Source of the DNA: Octopus vulgaris
Lineage: Eukaryota
Assembly (NCBI GenBank): GCA_951406725.2
Contig: OX597833.1
Location: 54,002,001 to 54,066,000, forward strand
DNA length: 64,000 nt
Direction of reading: 5' to 3'
Below, piece after piece: positions 25,978 to 37,784 of the stretch (its first letter is position 1; the number at the start of each line of letters is the position of its first letter). The notes below the pieces were generated by a model that was given only the letters and a program-made list of their open reading frames with translations, was not told the origin of the DNA and made no database searches. The position numbers were made by a program, and so were the translations under genes.

Positions 25978-26479
25978 AAGAAAGAGAGAGAAAGAGTGTG
26001 GGTATGTGTATGTAGATGAGAGTGTGTATATGAGACTGTATGGGTGTGCATTTGTGTGTTTGTATGAGAATTTATGTGTGCATGAGAGTGTGTGTGAGTG
26101 AGTGTGTGTGTGTGTGTGTGTGTGTTTGTGAGAGAGAGAGAAAGAAAGAGAGAGAAAGAGTGTGGGTATGTGTGTGCAAATGAAAGTGTGTATATGAGAC
26201 TGAATGTGTGTGTCACTGTGTATGTGTGTGTATTTGTGTCTGTATGAGTATATATGTGTGCATGAGAGTGTGTGTGTGTGTGTATGTATTTGTGTGTGTG
26301 TGTGTGTGTGTGTGTGTACGTTTGAGAAACAGAAAGAGAGAGAAAGAGTGTATGTGTGTGTGTGCATGCGAGTGTGTGTATGAGGACATGTGTGTGTCAG
26401 TATGTATGTATGTGTGTGTTTCTGTATGAGTGTGTGCATGTATGTGTGTATTAGAGTGTTTATACGAGAATATGTGTCA

Positions 26480-26511
<32 letters not shown>

Positions 26512-26930
26512 AAGAAAGAGTGTGAGTATGTGTGTGTATATGAGACTGTATGTGTGTGTCAGTGTGTATGTGTATTTGTGAGTTTGTATGAGAATGTATG
26601 TGTGCTAGAGAGTGTGTGTGTGAGTGTGTGCATGTGTGTGTGTTTGTGTGTGTGTCAGCATGTATGTGTGTGTGTGTATCTGTATGAGTGTGTGTATGTA
26701 TGTGTGCATGAGAGTGTATCAATGTGGGTGTGTGAGAGAAAGAGAGAGAGAAAGAGTGTGAGTGTGAGTGTGTGTACATGAGAGTGTTTATATGAGAATA
26801 TGTGTCAGCATGTATGTGTGTGTGTGTGTGTATGAATATGACTATGTGTGTGTATGTATGAATATGACTATGTGTGTGTATGTATGTGAACTAGTGAGAG
26901 AGAGAGTAGGCGAAAGAGAGAGAGAATGTA
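25676..26930. repeat. (TG)/(GA)-rich tract with a degenerate ~180-bp period
   Basis: gagagaaagagtgtgggtatgtg…tatatgagactg or parts of it recur near 25810, 25985, 26150, 26340, 26510 and 26745. Confidence 0.75.
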
Positions 26931-26963
26931 CGAATGTGATATTTTTTTACAGTCTGTATAAAT

Positions 26964-27278
26964 AGTCTGATCAATAAGTATCCGGACTGTTGCCATAGTA
27001 ACGAAGCTAAAGCATGCAGAGTGAAGCTGCTTGGCACAGATTGGCCATCAACTCTGCTGTGCATATGCACTAAGTTTTAATGTTCTAGCTTAATTTACCT
27101 GTTTACAGCAGTGCGTGGAAGGAAGGTGTGTAGCATGTGGAAGGAAGGTGTGTAGCATGTGGAAGGGAGGTGTGTAGCATGTGATTGTCGTATTGACCAT
27201 GACAGAGAAAGTTGAGCAGACAATCTGTATCAAATTATGCGAAAAGCTTGGTGATACCTGCTCAGAGACCTACGCGAA
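26964..27278 (+). mobile_element. Mariner 5' end (TIR, UTR, start of transposase)
   Basis: gtctgatcaataagtatccggac TIR; ATG at 27199 gives MTEKVEQTICIKLCEKLGDTCSETYAK; internal 22-bp triplication at ~27115-27182. Confidence 0.8.
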
Positions 27279-28260
27279 GGTAAGGATAATTTGATGGTAA
27301 GGACGGTTTGATAGTAAGGACAATGTAATCGTAAGGACAATTTTATAGTAAGGAGAATTTTATAGTAAGGACAGTTTAATAGTAAGGTCAATTTAATGGT
27401 AAGGATAATTTGATGGTAAGGACAATTTTATAGTAATGACAATGTAATGGTAAGGACAATTTTATAGTAAGGACAATTTTATAGTAAGGAGAATTTTATA
27501 GTAAGGGCAGTTTAATAGTAAGGTCAATTTAATGGTAAGGATAATTTGATGGTAAGGACAATTTTATAGTAATGACAATGTAATGGTAAGGACAATTTTA
27601 TAGTAAGGACAATTTTATAGTAAGGAGAATTTTATAGTAAGGGCAGTTTAATAGTAAGGTCAATTTAATGGTAAGGATAATTTGATGGGAAGGACAATTT
27701 GATGATAATGGCAATGTAATGGTAAGGACAATTTTATGGTAAGGAGAATTTTATAGTAAGGACAGCTTAATAGTCAGGTCAATTTAATGGTAAGGATAAT
27801 TTGATGGTAAGGACAATTTGATAGTAATGACAATGTAATGGTAAGGACAATTTTATAGTAAGGAGAATTTTATAGTAAGGGCAGTTTAATAATAAGGTCA
27901 ATTTAATGGTAAGGATAATTTGATGGGAAGGACAATTTGATGGTAAGGATAATTTGATGGGAAGGATAATTTGATGGTAATGACAATGTAATGGCAAGGA
28001 CAATTTCATAGTGAGGACAATGTAATGGTAAAGACAATTTGGTGGTTAGGTCATTTTAATGGTATAAGCAATTTGATGGTAAAGGAGAATTTGATGGTTA
28101 GGAAAATTTTATAGTAAGGGCAATTTGATGGTAAGAAGAATTTGATTGTAAACACAATTTAAGGGTAAGGGTATTTTGATGGTAAAGAGAATTGAGGGTA
28201 AGGGTAACTTTCTGTTAGGGACATATTGCTTGTATGCCATTTTGATGGTAGGGGCAATCT
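27279..28260. repeat. 17-bp minisatellite (GTAAGGACAATTTKATR) with a 7-8-unit higher-order repeat
   Basis: Unit variants recur in fixed order; the array decays toward its right end. Confidence 0.95.
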
Positions 28261-28589
28261 GATTGCTAATTCTAATATTTTGAGTGATGACTAAGAGACT
28301 CCCTTGTTGAGTAATTATTACTGGTGTTGTTATAGTTATTTTTTAGCCCTGGGTTGGCCTTGAGCAAGCAGACCTATGATTAAAGGTGTGCTGATCAAGA
28401 CATCTTTATCTTTTTTTTTTGTTTTTTGCAGACATAGTGTATACAGGATCATATTATTATTTGATATCGGTATTAATGTTGTTGTTGTTGTTGTTGCTGC
28501 TGCCGTTGTTACAGTTGTTTAATCCCAAGGTCTGCTACCATGATCAAGCAGATCTGAGATCAAAGGAGTTCCAGTTGCGAACATTTTGT

Positions 28590-28722
28590 CTTTGTTGTTG
28601 TTGTTGTCATTATCGTCATAATCGTCGTCATCATCATCATCATCATCATCGTTTTCGTCATCATCATCAGCATCATCAGCATCATTATCATCATTATCAT
28701 CATCATCATCATCACCATCATT

Positions 28723-28755
<33 letters not shown>

Positions 28756-28878
28756 GTCATAGTCATCATCATCATCATCATCATCGTTTTCGTCATCATC
28801 ATCATCAAAATCATCACCATCATTATCATCATTATCATCATTATCATCATCATCATCATCACCATCATTATCATCATT

Positions 28879-28914
<36 letters not shown>

Positions 28915-28985
28915 GTCATAGTCATCATCATCATCATCATTATTGTCATCATTATCATCATCATTGCCACTGCCATCACCACCAC
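28590..28985. repeat. (CAT)n microsatellite with internal duplication
   Basis: Directly visible. Confidence 0.95.
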
Positions 28986-30651
28986 ATTGTGTGAATATCA
29001 TATAGGTTGCTCATTCACCCATGGCTACGTTCTCAGTTCAAATTCTGCCGAGGTCAACTTTGCCGTCATCCTTTCGGGGTTGATAAATCAAGTACGAGTT
29101 GAGTACTGGGGTCTGTATGATCGACTGCTCTCCTCCCCCACAAAATCCAGGCCTTGTGCCTATGGTAGAAAATATCATATAGGTTGATCTCAGGTCAGTT
29201 CGGTCATGGCTAACCAGGTGGAGAAGGAAGGTGGATGGAGGAGATGGGGAGGGTGGGGGGGTCGATGGTGGTGATGGTGGTGGGGGCAATGGAGGGGATG
29301 CAAAACAGCAGTAACAACAACAACAACAACAAGAACAATAGCAGATGGGGCTGCATCCTTATTAACACGGGCAAGCATATCGAAGCTGTTGATTCAAAAT
29401 AGTTTTGTATCTTTATTATTTTTTGTTCCTGTAAATATCATGGAAAGATAAATAACTAAGATGGAATAAATAATAAATAAAATTCTAAATATGGTGAAAT
29501 AATTAGAAATAAAAAAAAAAATGATAATTAAAATAAAAAAATAAAAATTTAACAAAGAGATAAACAAAAAAAACTGAAGAAATATTACAAAAAGAAGAAA
29601 ACACATACACAAAAACAAAAAACAAAAAGAAATACAACAACAACAACAACAAAAGCTATGTAATTTCTCTCTGTTATTTGTAAATTGTGGAGACTTGGTG
29701 GGAATAGTTTTAACTCGATACGCTTCAATGACCCCTGAAGTAGTGGAAGACATGCTCCATGGAAGTATTAATTGAATCGAAATCATACATAATCATCTAT
29801 TTCTTTTTACATCCGACCACCCATCAACCCCCCCCCCGACTCCCTCCAATAAATTCCGAACCCACCTTCTACCATCCATCACTCTACTCTGGTTTCATGC
29901 CTGCTTTATTCTTCGCTCAGCTTTCATCCTTGCCTTGCCTCGCCCTCATGCCACCCTCCTTATCCATTCCACGTTTCTGCTTCACTTTGGAAAAATTGTG
30001 CTACTTGCAACTTCAGTTTGTTGCATGCTAATTATACAATTGAGTTCTGCTGTGTGTATTTTTATTTTTATTTTTATTTTTATTTCTATTTTCACTTTCA
30101 TTTTCATTTCCATTTTTATTTTTATTTCTTTGTAGATTTTATTTTATTTTATTTTATTTTTTTTGTTTGGCTTCGTTATTTTTAATAAAATTTGTCTGTT
30201 TTATTTCCTTCTTTCTCTGCTTAAGCAATGCACATTTTGTGGCTATTGCATCATAGTGCATTGCATTATGCAAGATAATGCAGCTGTCATGAAATTTAGG
30301 ATCGGAAAATAGGAGAATTTAATAACACACACACACATACATGCACACACATGCAAAAACAAAAAAATAAAAAATAATAAAACAACTGCTTTGACTAAAT
30401 GCTGTAACATGGAAGATTCTCTGAATCATTAGATGTAACACACACACACACACAAATAAAATAAAGTGAAAATAAAATAAGAACAAAGATGAAATATAAA
30501 ATATAAAATAAAAAGAAATTCTCAGAGAACAATTTGGTTTCATCATAATGTGTTTCTAAAATCTTGTGAAGAAAATATGAAATGAATAGAATGATTTTCA
30601 GAAGGTATCATTGGCACCACAGAACGATGTTAAACAGACCGACAGACAGAC

Positions 30652-30742
<91 letters not shown>

Positions 30743-31023
30743 CAGGAGGAAAAGATTTAACAAATAGATAAACAGCTTGTTAAAGAAACAATAAATACAC
30801 CATAAATTCCTTAGAATTCAAAAATATTTGCTGTTATCGTTGTTAACCATCAGATCAAGCTTGATTGAGCTATGACCAAAGAAGGGGGTATGTTGGCAGA
30901 AGTGTTAGAACATTGGATTGGACAGAGCACCTGACGGTATTTGCTTCGACAGCTTGTGTTCTGGTTTCAAATCTCGCCAAGGTAAACTTTGCTTTCCAAC
31001 GTTTCACACCTACCCCCATCACT

Positions 31024-31285
31024 AATTGGTTATAAGATGTTTGGGCATTGCTGTTTTGGCACAGTTGATTTGGTGCTGCCTATTTGGCATTGCTGAGTTG
31101 ATGATGACTTATTTGACATCAGACATTTTAACCTTTTCATACGAACAGCCATATAATTGGTTATAAGACGTTTGGGCATTGCTGTTTTGGCACAGTTGAT
31201 TTGGTGCTGCCTATTTGGCATTGCTGAGTTGATGATGACTCATTTGACATCAGACATTTTAACCCTTTCATACGAACAGCCATGC
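31024..31285. repeat. 131-bp tandem duplication
   Basis: aattggttataagaYgtttgggcattgc…catacgaacagccat occurs twice with very few mismatches. Confidence 0.93.
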
Positions 31286-31930
31286 TATATGGCAGTGAAA
31301 CATGGGCCGTGACTGCTGAGGACATGTGTAAGCTCACAAGAAATGAAGCCAGTATGCTCTGATGGATGTGTAATGTCAATGTGCATACTCGACAGAGTGT
31401 AAGTACCTTGAGAGAAAAGTTGGACCTAAGAAGCATCAAATGTGGTGTGCAAGAGAGACGACTGCACTGGTATGGTTATGTGGTGAGAATGGGTGAGGAT
31501 AGCTGTGTGAAAAGTGCCATGCCCTAGCGGTTGAGGGAACTTGTGGATGAGGTAGACCCAGAAAGGCCTGGGATGAGGTGGTGAAGCACAACCTTCGAAC
31601 ATTAGGCCTCACCAAGGCCTCACCAAGGCAATGACTAGTGACCGAGACCTTTGGAAATATGCAGTATGTGAGAAGACTCAGCAAGCCAAGTGAGACCATA
31701 AACTGTAGCCTATGCCAGGGGTGTAACCAGCCCACTTATGCGTACTTTTCCTTCATTGAAAACTAATCTCTGCTTGCAAAGACCTGTTGAGGCAAGTGAA
31801 ATTGAAATCAAATCAAATTCACAATTTGCAGGTGGCATGTAAAAAACACCACTTGAGAGTGGCTGTTGCCAGTACCTCCTGAATGGCCCTCGTGCCGGTG
31901 GCATGTAAAAGCACCAACTACACTCTCAGA
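31271..31930 (+). mobile_element. 5'-truncated RTE-clade LINE (ORF C-terminus plus 3' UTR)
   Basis: RTAMLYGSETWAVTAEDMCKLTRNEASML*WMCNV…QERRLHWYGYVVRM…GRPRKAWDEVVKHNLRTLGLT is typical of an RTE C-terminus; has stops and frameshifts; the UTR leads into C units. Confidence 0.92.
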
Positions 31931-32159
31931 ATCAAAACATATATGTCGGTGATATAAATGATTTAAATAACATCTTGTGCATTTGTCTCCATTTTCCATT
32001 TCTCTTATAGCCTTCAAAACACGTCTCACTTCTCCTTGGAATTATTGCCCATATATGTCTGGTTACTATCTTAAGAGTGCTTATATGACATTTGGCTACC
32101 TTGGTAACTATTTCTATGAATCTTTCCTCGAAAATTAAATATATATACATGAACATCGA

Positions 32160-32587
32160 AATAAATATCAATGGAAATAGTAGTTGTGATACCTGTGCTG
32201 GTGGCACGTAAAAAGCACCATCCGAACGTGGCCGTTGCCAGCGCCGCCTTGACTGGCTTCTGTGCCGGTGGCACATAAAAAGCACCATCCGAACGTGGCC
32301 GATGCCAGTGCCGCCTTGAGTGGCTTCTGTGCCGGTGGCATGTAAAAAGCACTAACCGATCGTGGCCGCTGCCAGATTCCTCTGGCACCTGTGCCGGTGG
32401 CACATAAAAAGTATCCACTACACTCACGGAGTGGTTGGCGTTAGGAAGGGCATCCAGCTGTAGAAACACTGCCAGATCAGACTGGAGCCTGGTGCAGCCT
32501 CCTGGCTTCCCAGACCCTGGTCGAACCGTCCAACCCATGCTAGCACGGAAAACGGACATTAAACGATGATGATGATGATGATGATGA
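32160..32587 (+). mobile_element. RTE 3' UTR (family C), four units, (GAT)n tail
   Basis: gtgccggtggcacRtaaaaagcacc-type core occurs four times, then ggttggcgttaggaagggcatccagctgtagaaac. Confidence 0.9.
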
Positions 32588-33377
32588 TATATATATCCAA
32601 AGGATGTGTTATAATACTATTACACATATACAAAAAAGCAATACCAACAATCCAACATACCTCCATCATCAGCTGCCCCATCAGATATCATTATGGTTTC
32701 GACACCTGGGCAGTACCATTCAATCCAGTGGTGTCAAGAGCACTAAAATAAGTGTTGCTTGGGAACAAACAAACCAAAGGAACCACAACTTTCAAACACA
32801 TTTACCCTATGTACAACCGTATCAGTAAATAAATTCAATAAGTAAATTACATACAACTCCTTTATATGTAACTAAACAGTGACTAATCCATTAAGTCATA
32901 CATAAATTATAATCCCTACCCTCTTCCATAGTATAATATAAACGTGAAAGCTTAAAAACCACATTCATTCAATCAATTTATACATACATATATCATCATC
33001 ATCATCATCATTATTGTTTTAACGTCTATTTTCCCATGCTTGAACTCCAGCTGTGCTGTGTAGTAGCAATGGGAGAATTACTGCACTTTAAGTTTAACAT
33101 TAAGAAATATTATGTATTTTTAAAGCGAAACATTCCTCTAATTCAGTGACCTTGAAACAGCCATCGGAATCAACATACAGTAAACTCTCAAGACTATAAA
33201 CCAATGCATTTATCTGGCAATTAAAAAGTCACTGAATGTGTTGCCTGTTCTGTAGTTTTACCATTAACCTCATCGACCAGTCAAAATATGTTTAACAGAC
33301 AACAAACAGGCCATATGTTTGTTATGTCTGTAGAATCTGTAAAAACATTTGCACTTAAGAGTGACATTTGCACTTAA

Positions 33378-33791
33378 GGCGCAGGAGTGGCTGTGTGGTA
33401 AGTAGCTTGCTAACCAACCACATGGTTCTGGGTTCAGTCCCACTGCGTGGCACCTTGGGCAAGTGTCTTCTGCTATAGCCCCGGGCTGACCAATGCCTTG
33501 TGAGTGGATTTGGTAGGCGGAAACTGAAAGAAGCCCATCGTATATATGTATATATATATACATGTGTGTGCGTGTATGTTTGTGTGTCTGTGTTTGTCCC
33601 CCTAGCACTGCTTGACAACCGATGCTGGTACGTTTACGTCCCCGTTACTTAGCGGTTTGGCAAAAGAGACCAATAGAATAAGTACTGGGCTTACAAAATT
33701 ATAAGTCCCGGGGTCGATTTGCTCGATTAAAGGTGGTGCTCCAGCATGGCCGCAGTCAAATGACTGAAACAAGTAAAAGAGTAAAAGAGTA
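33378..33791 (+). mobile_element. SINE family A, full length
   Basis: Matches consensus end to end. Confidence 0.93.
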
Positions 33792-34004
33792 TAGCTTGAC
33801 TAAATTATCCATATATTGTCTTAGTGTGTGAGTTTAAGCAATTTTCATTTACTCTGTAACAAGATAAGAGTTTCAGGAACACTTGAGGGGTGTCTGGTCT
33901 TATCTTGTCACATACAATAGTCGAAGAAAAGGAACCAAAATTCCGGCTGTCTTCAATAACAATAAATAACACTTTATTCTTCGGGTTCACAGGTAAAATA
34001 TCAG

Positions 34005-34339
34005 AACCAAAATCGAAGTCGATCAACATCAATGGAAATTGCAGCTGTGATACCAGTGCCGGTGGCACGTAAGCGAACCATCCCATCATGGCCGTTGCCA
34101 AGCTGCCCTGACTGGCCTCCGTGCCGGTGGCACATAAAGAGCACCATCCGACCGTGGCCATTTGCCAGCTCCGTCTGGCACGTAAAAAGCACCCACTACA
34201 CTCACAGAGTGGTTGGCGTTAGGAAGGGCATCCAGCCATAAAAACATTGCCAGATCAGACTGGGCCTGGTGCAGCCTTCTGGCTTCCCAGACCCCAGTTG
34301 AACCATCCAACCCATGCTAGCATGGAAATCGGACGCTAA

Positions 34340-34385
<46 letters not shown>
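34005..34385 (+). mobile_element. RTE 3' UTR (family C)
   Basis: Three units plus tail and (GAT)n. Confidence 0.88.
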
Positions 34386-34388
<3 letters not shown>

Positions 34389-34761
34389 CTTAAGGGCGAA
34401 CCGGCAGCCAAGTCCACAGGACTGTTTACGAATGTTCACTCGGGTGAGCCAAGAAGATACGGTTTCCGTTCCCACTTCGAAGAGAGAGCTTCTCTATGCA
34501 TAGGGTTTTCCCTGAGAAAAGTTTTAGTCATGTCCGCTCGTTAGGGCTGCAATTCCAAAAAGGGCCGATTTAGCGGGGACGCTTTCAGGTTGCAGTTCCT
34601 GTGCATGCGCATGAGGGAACTTCTGGCGGCCTACCAGAAGTAATCCAACTCTGCTCATGCGCGCTGAAACTTCCACAGTAGCCTCACTAAAACTCTATAT
34701 TCGAATATAAGGATAAAAATCACTCAGACGGCATGCTATAAAAATTTATAGCTAATTTATA

Positions 34762-35083
34762 GGCGCAGGAGTGGCTGTGTGGTAAGTAGCTTGTTTACCA
34801 ACCACATGGTTCCGGGTTCAGTCCCACTGCGTGGCACCTTGGGCAAGAGTCTTCTATTATAGCCTCGGGCTGACCAAAGCCTTGTGAGTGGATTTGGTAG
34901 ACGGAAACTGAAAGAAGCCCGTCGTATATATGTATAGATATATATATGTGTGTGTGTATTTGTGTGTCTGTGTTTGTCACCCTAGTATTGCTTGACAACC
35001 GTTTCTGGTGTGTTTATGTCCCCGTCACTTAGCGGTTCAGCAAAAGAGACCGATAGAATAAGTACTGGGCTTACAAAGAATAA
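34762..35083 (+). mobile_element. SINE family A, 3'-truncated
   Basis: Matches consensus up to cttacaaagaataag. Confidence 0.92.
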
Positions 35084-35295
35084 GAGTAACATGTGCTGAA
35101 GAATCTAAGGTTTTATTTTACCAATGCAGAAACCGGTTCACGTGAGTCCAAATACTTAAATGTATGTTAGTAGATTGTCTTAACCTGATTTTGCCTTCGT
35201 TTGATTTCTGTAGTTTTCATCAGTGTATTTTTGGCGATTTAATAATAGTTTTGACTGTTATTTCAAGCAGGTTGACATACCTAGTATGTCCTTTG

Positions 35296-35353
<58 letters not shown>

Positions 35354-36024
35354 TACACATACATATATTAAATGAATTCTTGAAGAGGTCACAGATGTGT
35401 GAATAAAGATTTCTGGAAAATAGACATGAGTTAGAATAAGAACAGTTATAAACAAGTGAAGAAAAAGCATATAGTATGTGTGTTTATTTGGCAAAGAAAA
35501 AAAAATGACCATCCCGAAATACAATTATATATATAGACATACATATATATACTATATTGATATATAAGTATCTGTGTACAGAAACTGAAACACGTACATA
35601 AACATATAAAGGACAATTTTGAAGACATCTTGAAAATGTGATTTAAATAGCAAAGAGAGCATGATAAAAATATCTGAAAACATTAATTTGTTAAATAAAT
35701 ATTATTCTATCTCATGAATATTGTATTACATCAGCTGTCTATTGGACTTCCTGCTTCTGTACTGTTTGTAAATAAAACCTCAAAAATCTCAAAGCATTAT
35801 CATTCTGTAACCAGATCTGAGATCTGAGACTTTCTCCGTGAACTTGTCAGTGAAGTTCCATTGAAATGCAGTATTAGCCAACTTGTGTGAACCTTGTTCG
35901 CTTATTTACACAAAGAGGATTTAAAGTTCTTCTTACAAAGCTTCTACTTCAATATTATAAGGCTAGATTTTCCTTTTTTTTTGCGTGATTCAAAAGACTT
36001 GATGATGGTATTTACATTGTTGTA

Positions 36025-36384
36025 AGAGCTGGCAAGCACGCCGGGCGAAATCCCTCTCTCTCTTTCGGAGAGGCACTGAGCAGCTATATGCACACATACA
36101 CACACGGCAGTAACTTCCACCTACCGAATTCAATCACAAAGCTCCGGTCGGCTCGGGGCTATAGTGGAAGACACCTACCCAAAGTGCCACGCGTAGACAT
36201 ATTTCGTCTGTCGTTTTGTTCTGAGTTCAAATTCCGCCGAGGTTGACTTTGCCTTTCATCCTTTCGGGGTCGATGAATTAAGTACCAGTTACGCACTGGG
36301 GTAGATGTAATCAACTTAATCCTTTTGTCTGTCCTTGTTTGTCCCCTCTGTGTTTAGCCCCTTGTGGGTAGTAAAGAAATAGGT
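36025..36384 (+). mobile_element. SINE B interrupted by an antisense SINE A fragment (36110-36192)
   Basis: B head fragment, then A(-) core, then an intact B body. Confidence 0.7.
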
Positions 36385-36529
36385 ATGTTGTTGTAAATAC
36401 AAGAATTACAATGCAGTATGATCGACCGCTTAAGCTTACTTTACAGTCATGTGCTCCTAGGTTCATTCCCACAGCATGACACCCACCATGGGCCAATTGT
36501 TTTTATTATAACTGAATATAAACAAGCAA

Positions 36530-36946
36530 GGAGTCAAGGCTCAATATGTGCAACTGCTCAGGGAGGCAAATTCCAGATGCACCACCGACATACCTCTGCA
36601 GTCATCATCTGTACGAGTGCCGGTCAAGAAGGGAATGAAGCAAGGAGATGTGATCTCTCCAAAATTTTTCACCGCATGTCTCGAGCAGATCATCAGAGGC
36701 ATCAACTGGCAAGCCGGTATCAACATCAATGGTGAGCTACTCACCCACCTGCATTTCACTGATGACATCGTAACCATTGCTGAAACTATGGATCAGCTTC
36801 AGACCATGCTGACGGAGCTCGGCATCAAAAGCTCTGCAGTAGATCTCAAGATGAACCGCAAGAAAACAAAGTTCATGCAGTCCGACAATGTACCAGCAGG
36901 TCGAATGGTGGTCAGCAGTGATGAAATAGAGGAGGTAAAGGAATAA
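36530..36946 (+). pseudogene. RTE-clade reverse transcriptase fragment
   Basis: VKKGMKQGDVISPKFFTACLE…ININGELLTHLHFTDDIV…LKMNRKKTK covers RT motifs (QGD.ISP; FADD present as FTDD); isolated 132-aa piece. Confidence 0.92.
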
Positions 36947-37465
36947 ACAAACATTAATATATATCGTTATTGGTTGTTTGCCTCCTTTCATCTTGGGAGA
37001 CAATGGAGTTGCGCATAAAATCATTTTTGCGCAGGCCTGGTCTAGATGTAAGAAAATCCTGGGTAGCCCAATCGTCAGGATTCCTCTCTTGACCTGGCTA
37101 ACATAGTCCAAAGGAGTGCAGAGCATTACGTTTGGCACCAGCTTGGTTGCAGAAGCTGCTGGAAGAGTGTCGGATTTCTTTGAAGGTTGTCTCCTTATTT
37201 TGCTTAACGGTTAATCCAGTGCTAACCATACTGTTTCTTTTGCTAAGGTACTTTAACTCTAGTTCTTTCAACCTTCACTACTGCTCCAATTTTAAATAAC
37301 TAATTTCTGTTAATTTGCAGGTGATGAGATGACTGTATAATTAACGTGCTTCCTTAATTAGCTTATAGAGCAAAGATTAATTCCACTTGTAGGAATAACA
37401 TCACTGGGCCAAAGCTAATTTGCCCTAAATGCATTAAAACATGACACACACCGGCACTTTATCAA

Positions 37466-37778
37466 TTATAACAACAAGGGTTCCAGTTGGTCCAATGAAA
37501 AGAACAGCCTGCTCTTGAAATTAATGTTCAAGGGGCTGAGCACTTCACAAATATGTGTACCCTTAATGTAGCTCTCAGGGAGATTCAGCGTGATATAGGA
37601 TGTGACAAGGTCGTCTCTTGAAATACAGCTATTCCTCGTTTTTGCCAGCTGAATAGACTGGAGTAAAGTGGAATAAAGTGTCTTGCTCAAGGACATAATG
37701 ATGGACTGTTGGGAATTGAACTTACGACTTTATGATCTTGAGCTGGATATCCTAACCACTAAGCCATACACCTTCTCA
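37466..37778 (-). mobile_element. V-like SINE family E, near full length
   Basis: Minus strand: tggcttagtggttagg…agttcaattccc…gtccttgagcaagacactttattccactttactccagtc; partial copy at 53535-53715. Confidence 0.8.
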
Positions 37779-37784
37779 ATACAC

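Noticed and set aside
30225-30264. gcaatgcac…gtgcattgc hairpin, miR-33-like
   Set aside because: Only a 9-bp stem and not the miR-33 mature sequence.
32193-32420. CRISPR-like repeat-spacer look of the C units
   Set aside because: The spacers are homologous to each other, the array is part of a dispersed RTE 3' UTR, the context is eukaryotic and there are no cas genes.
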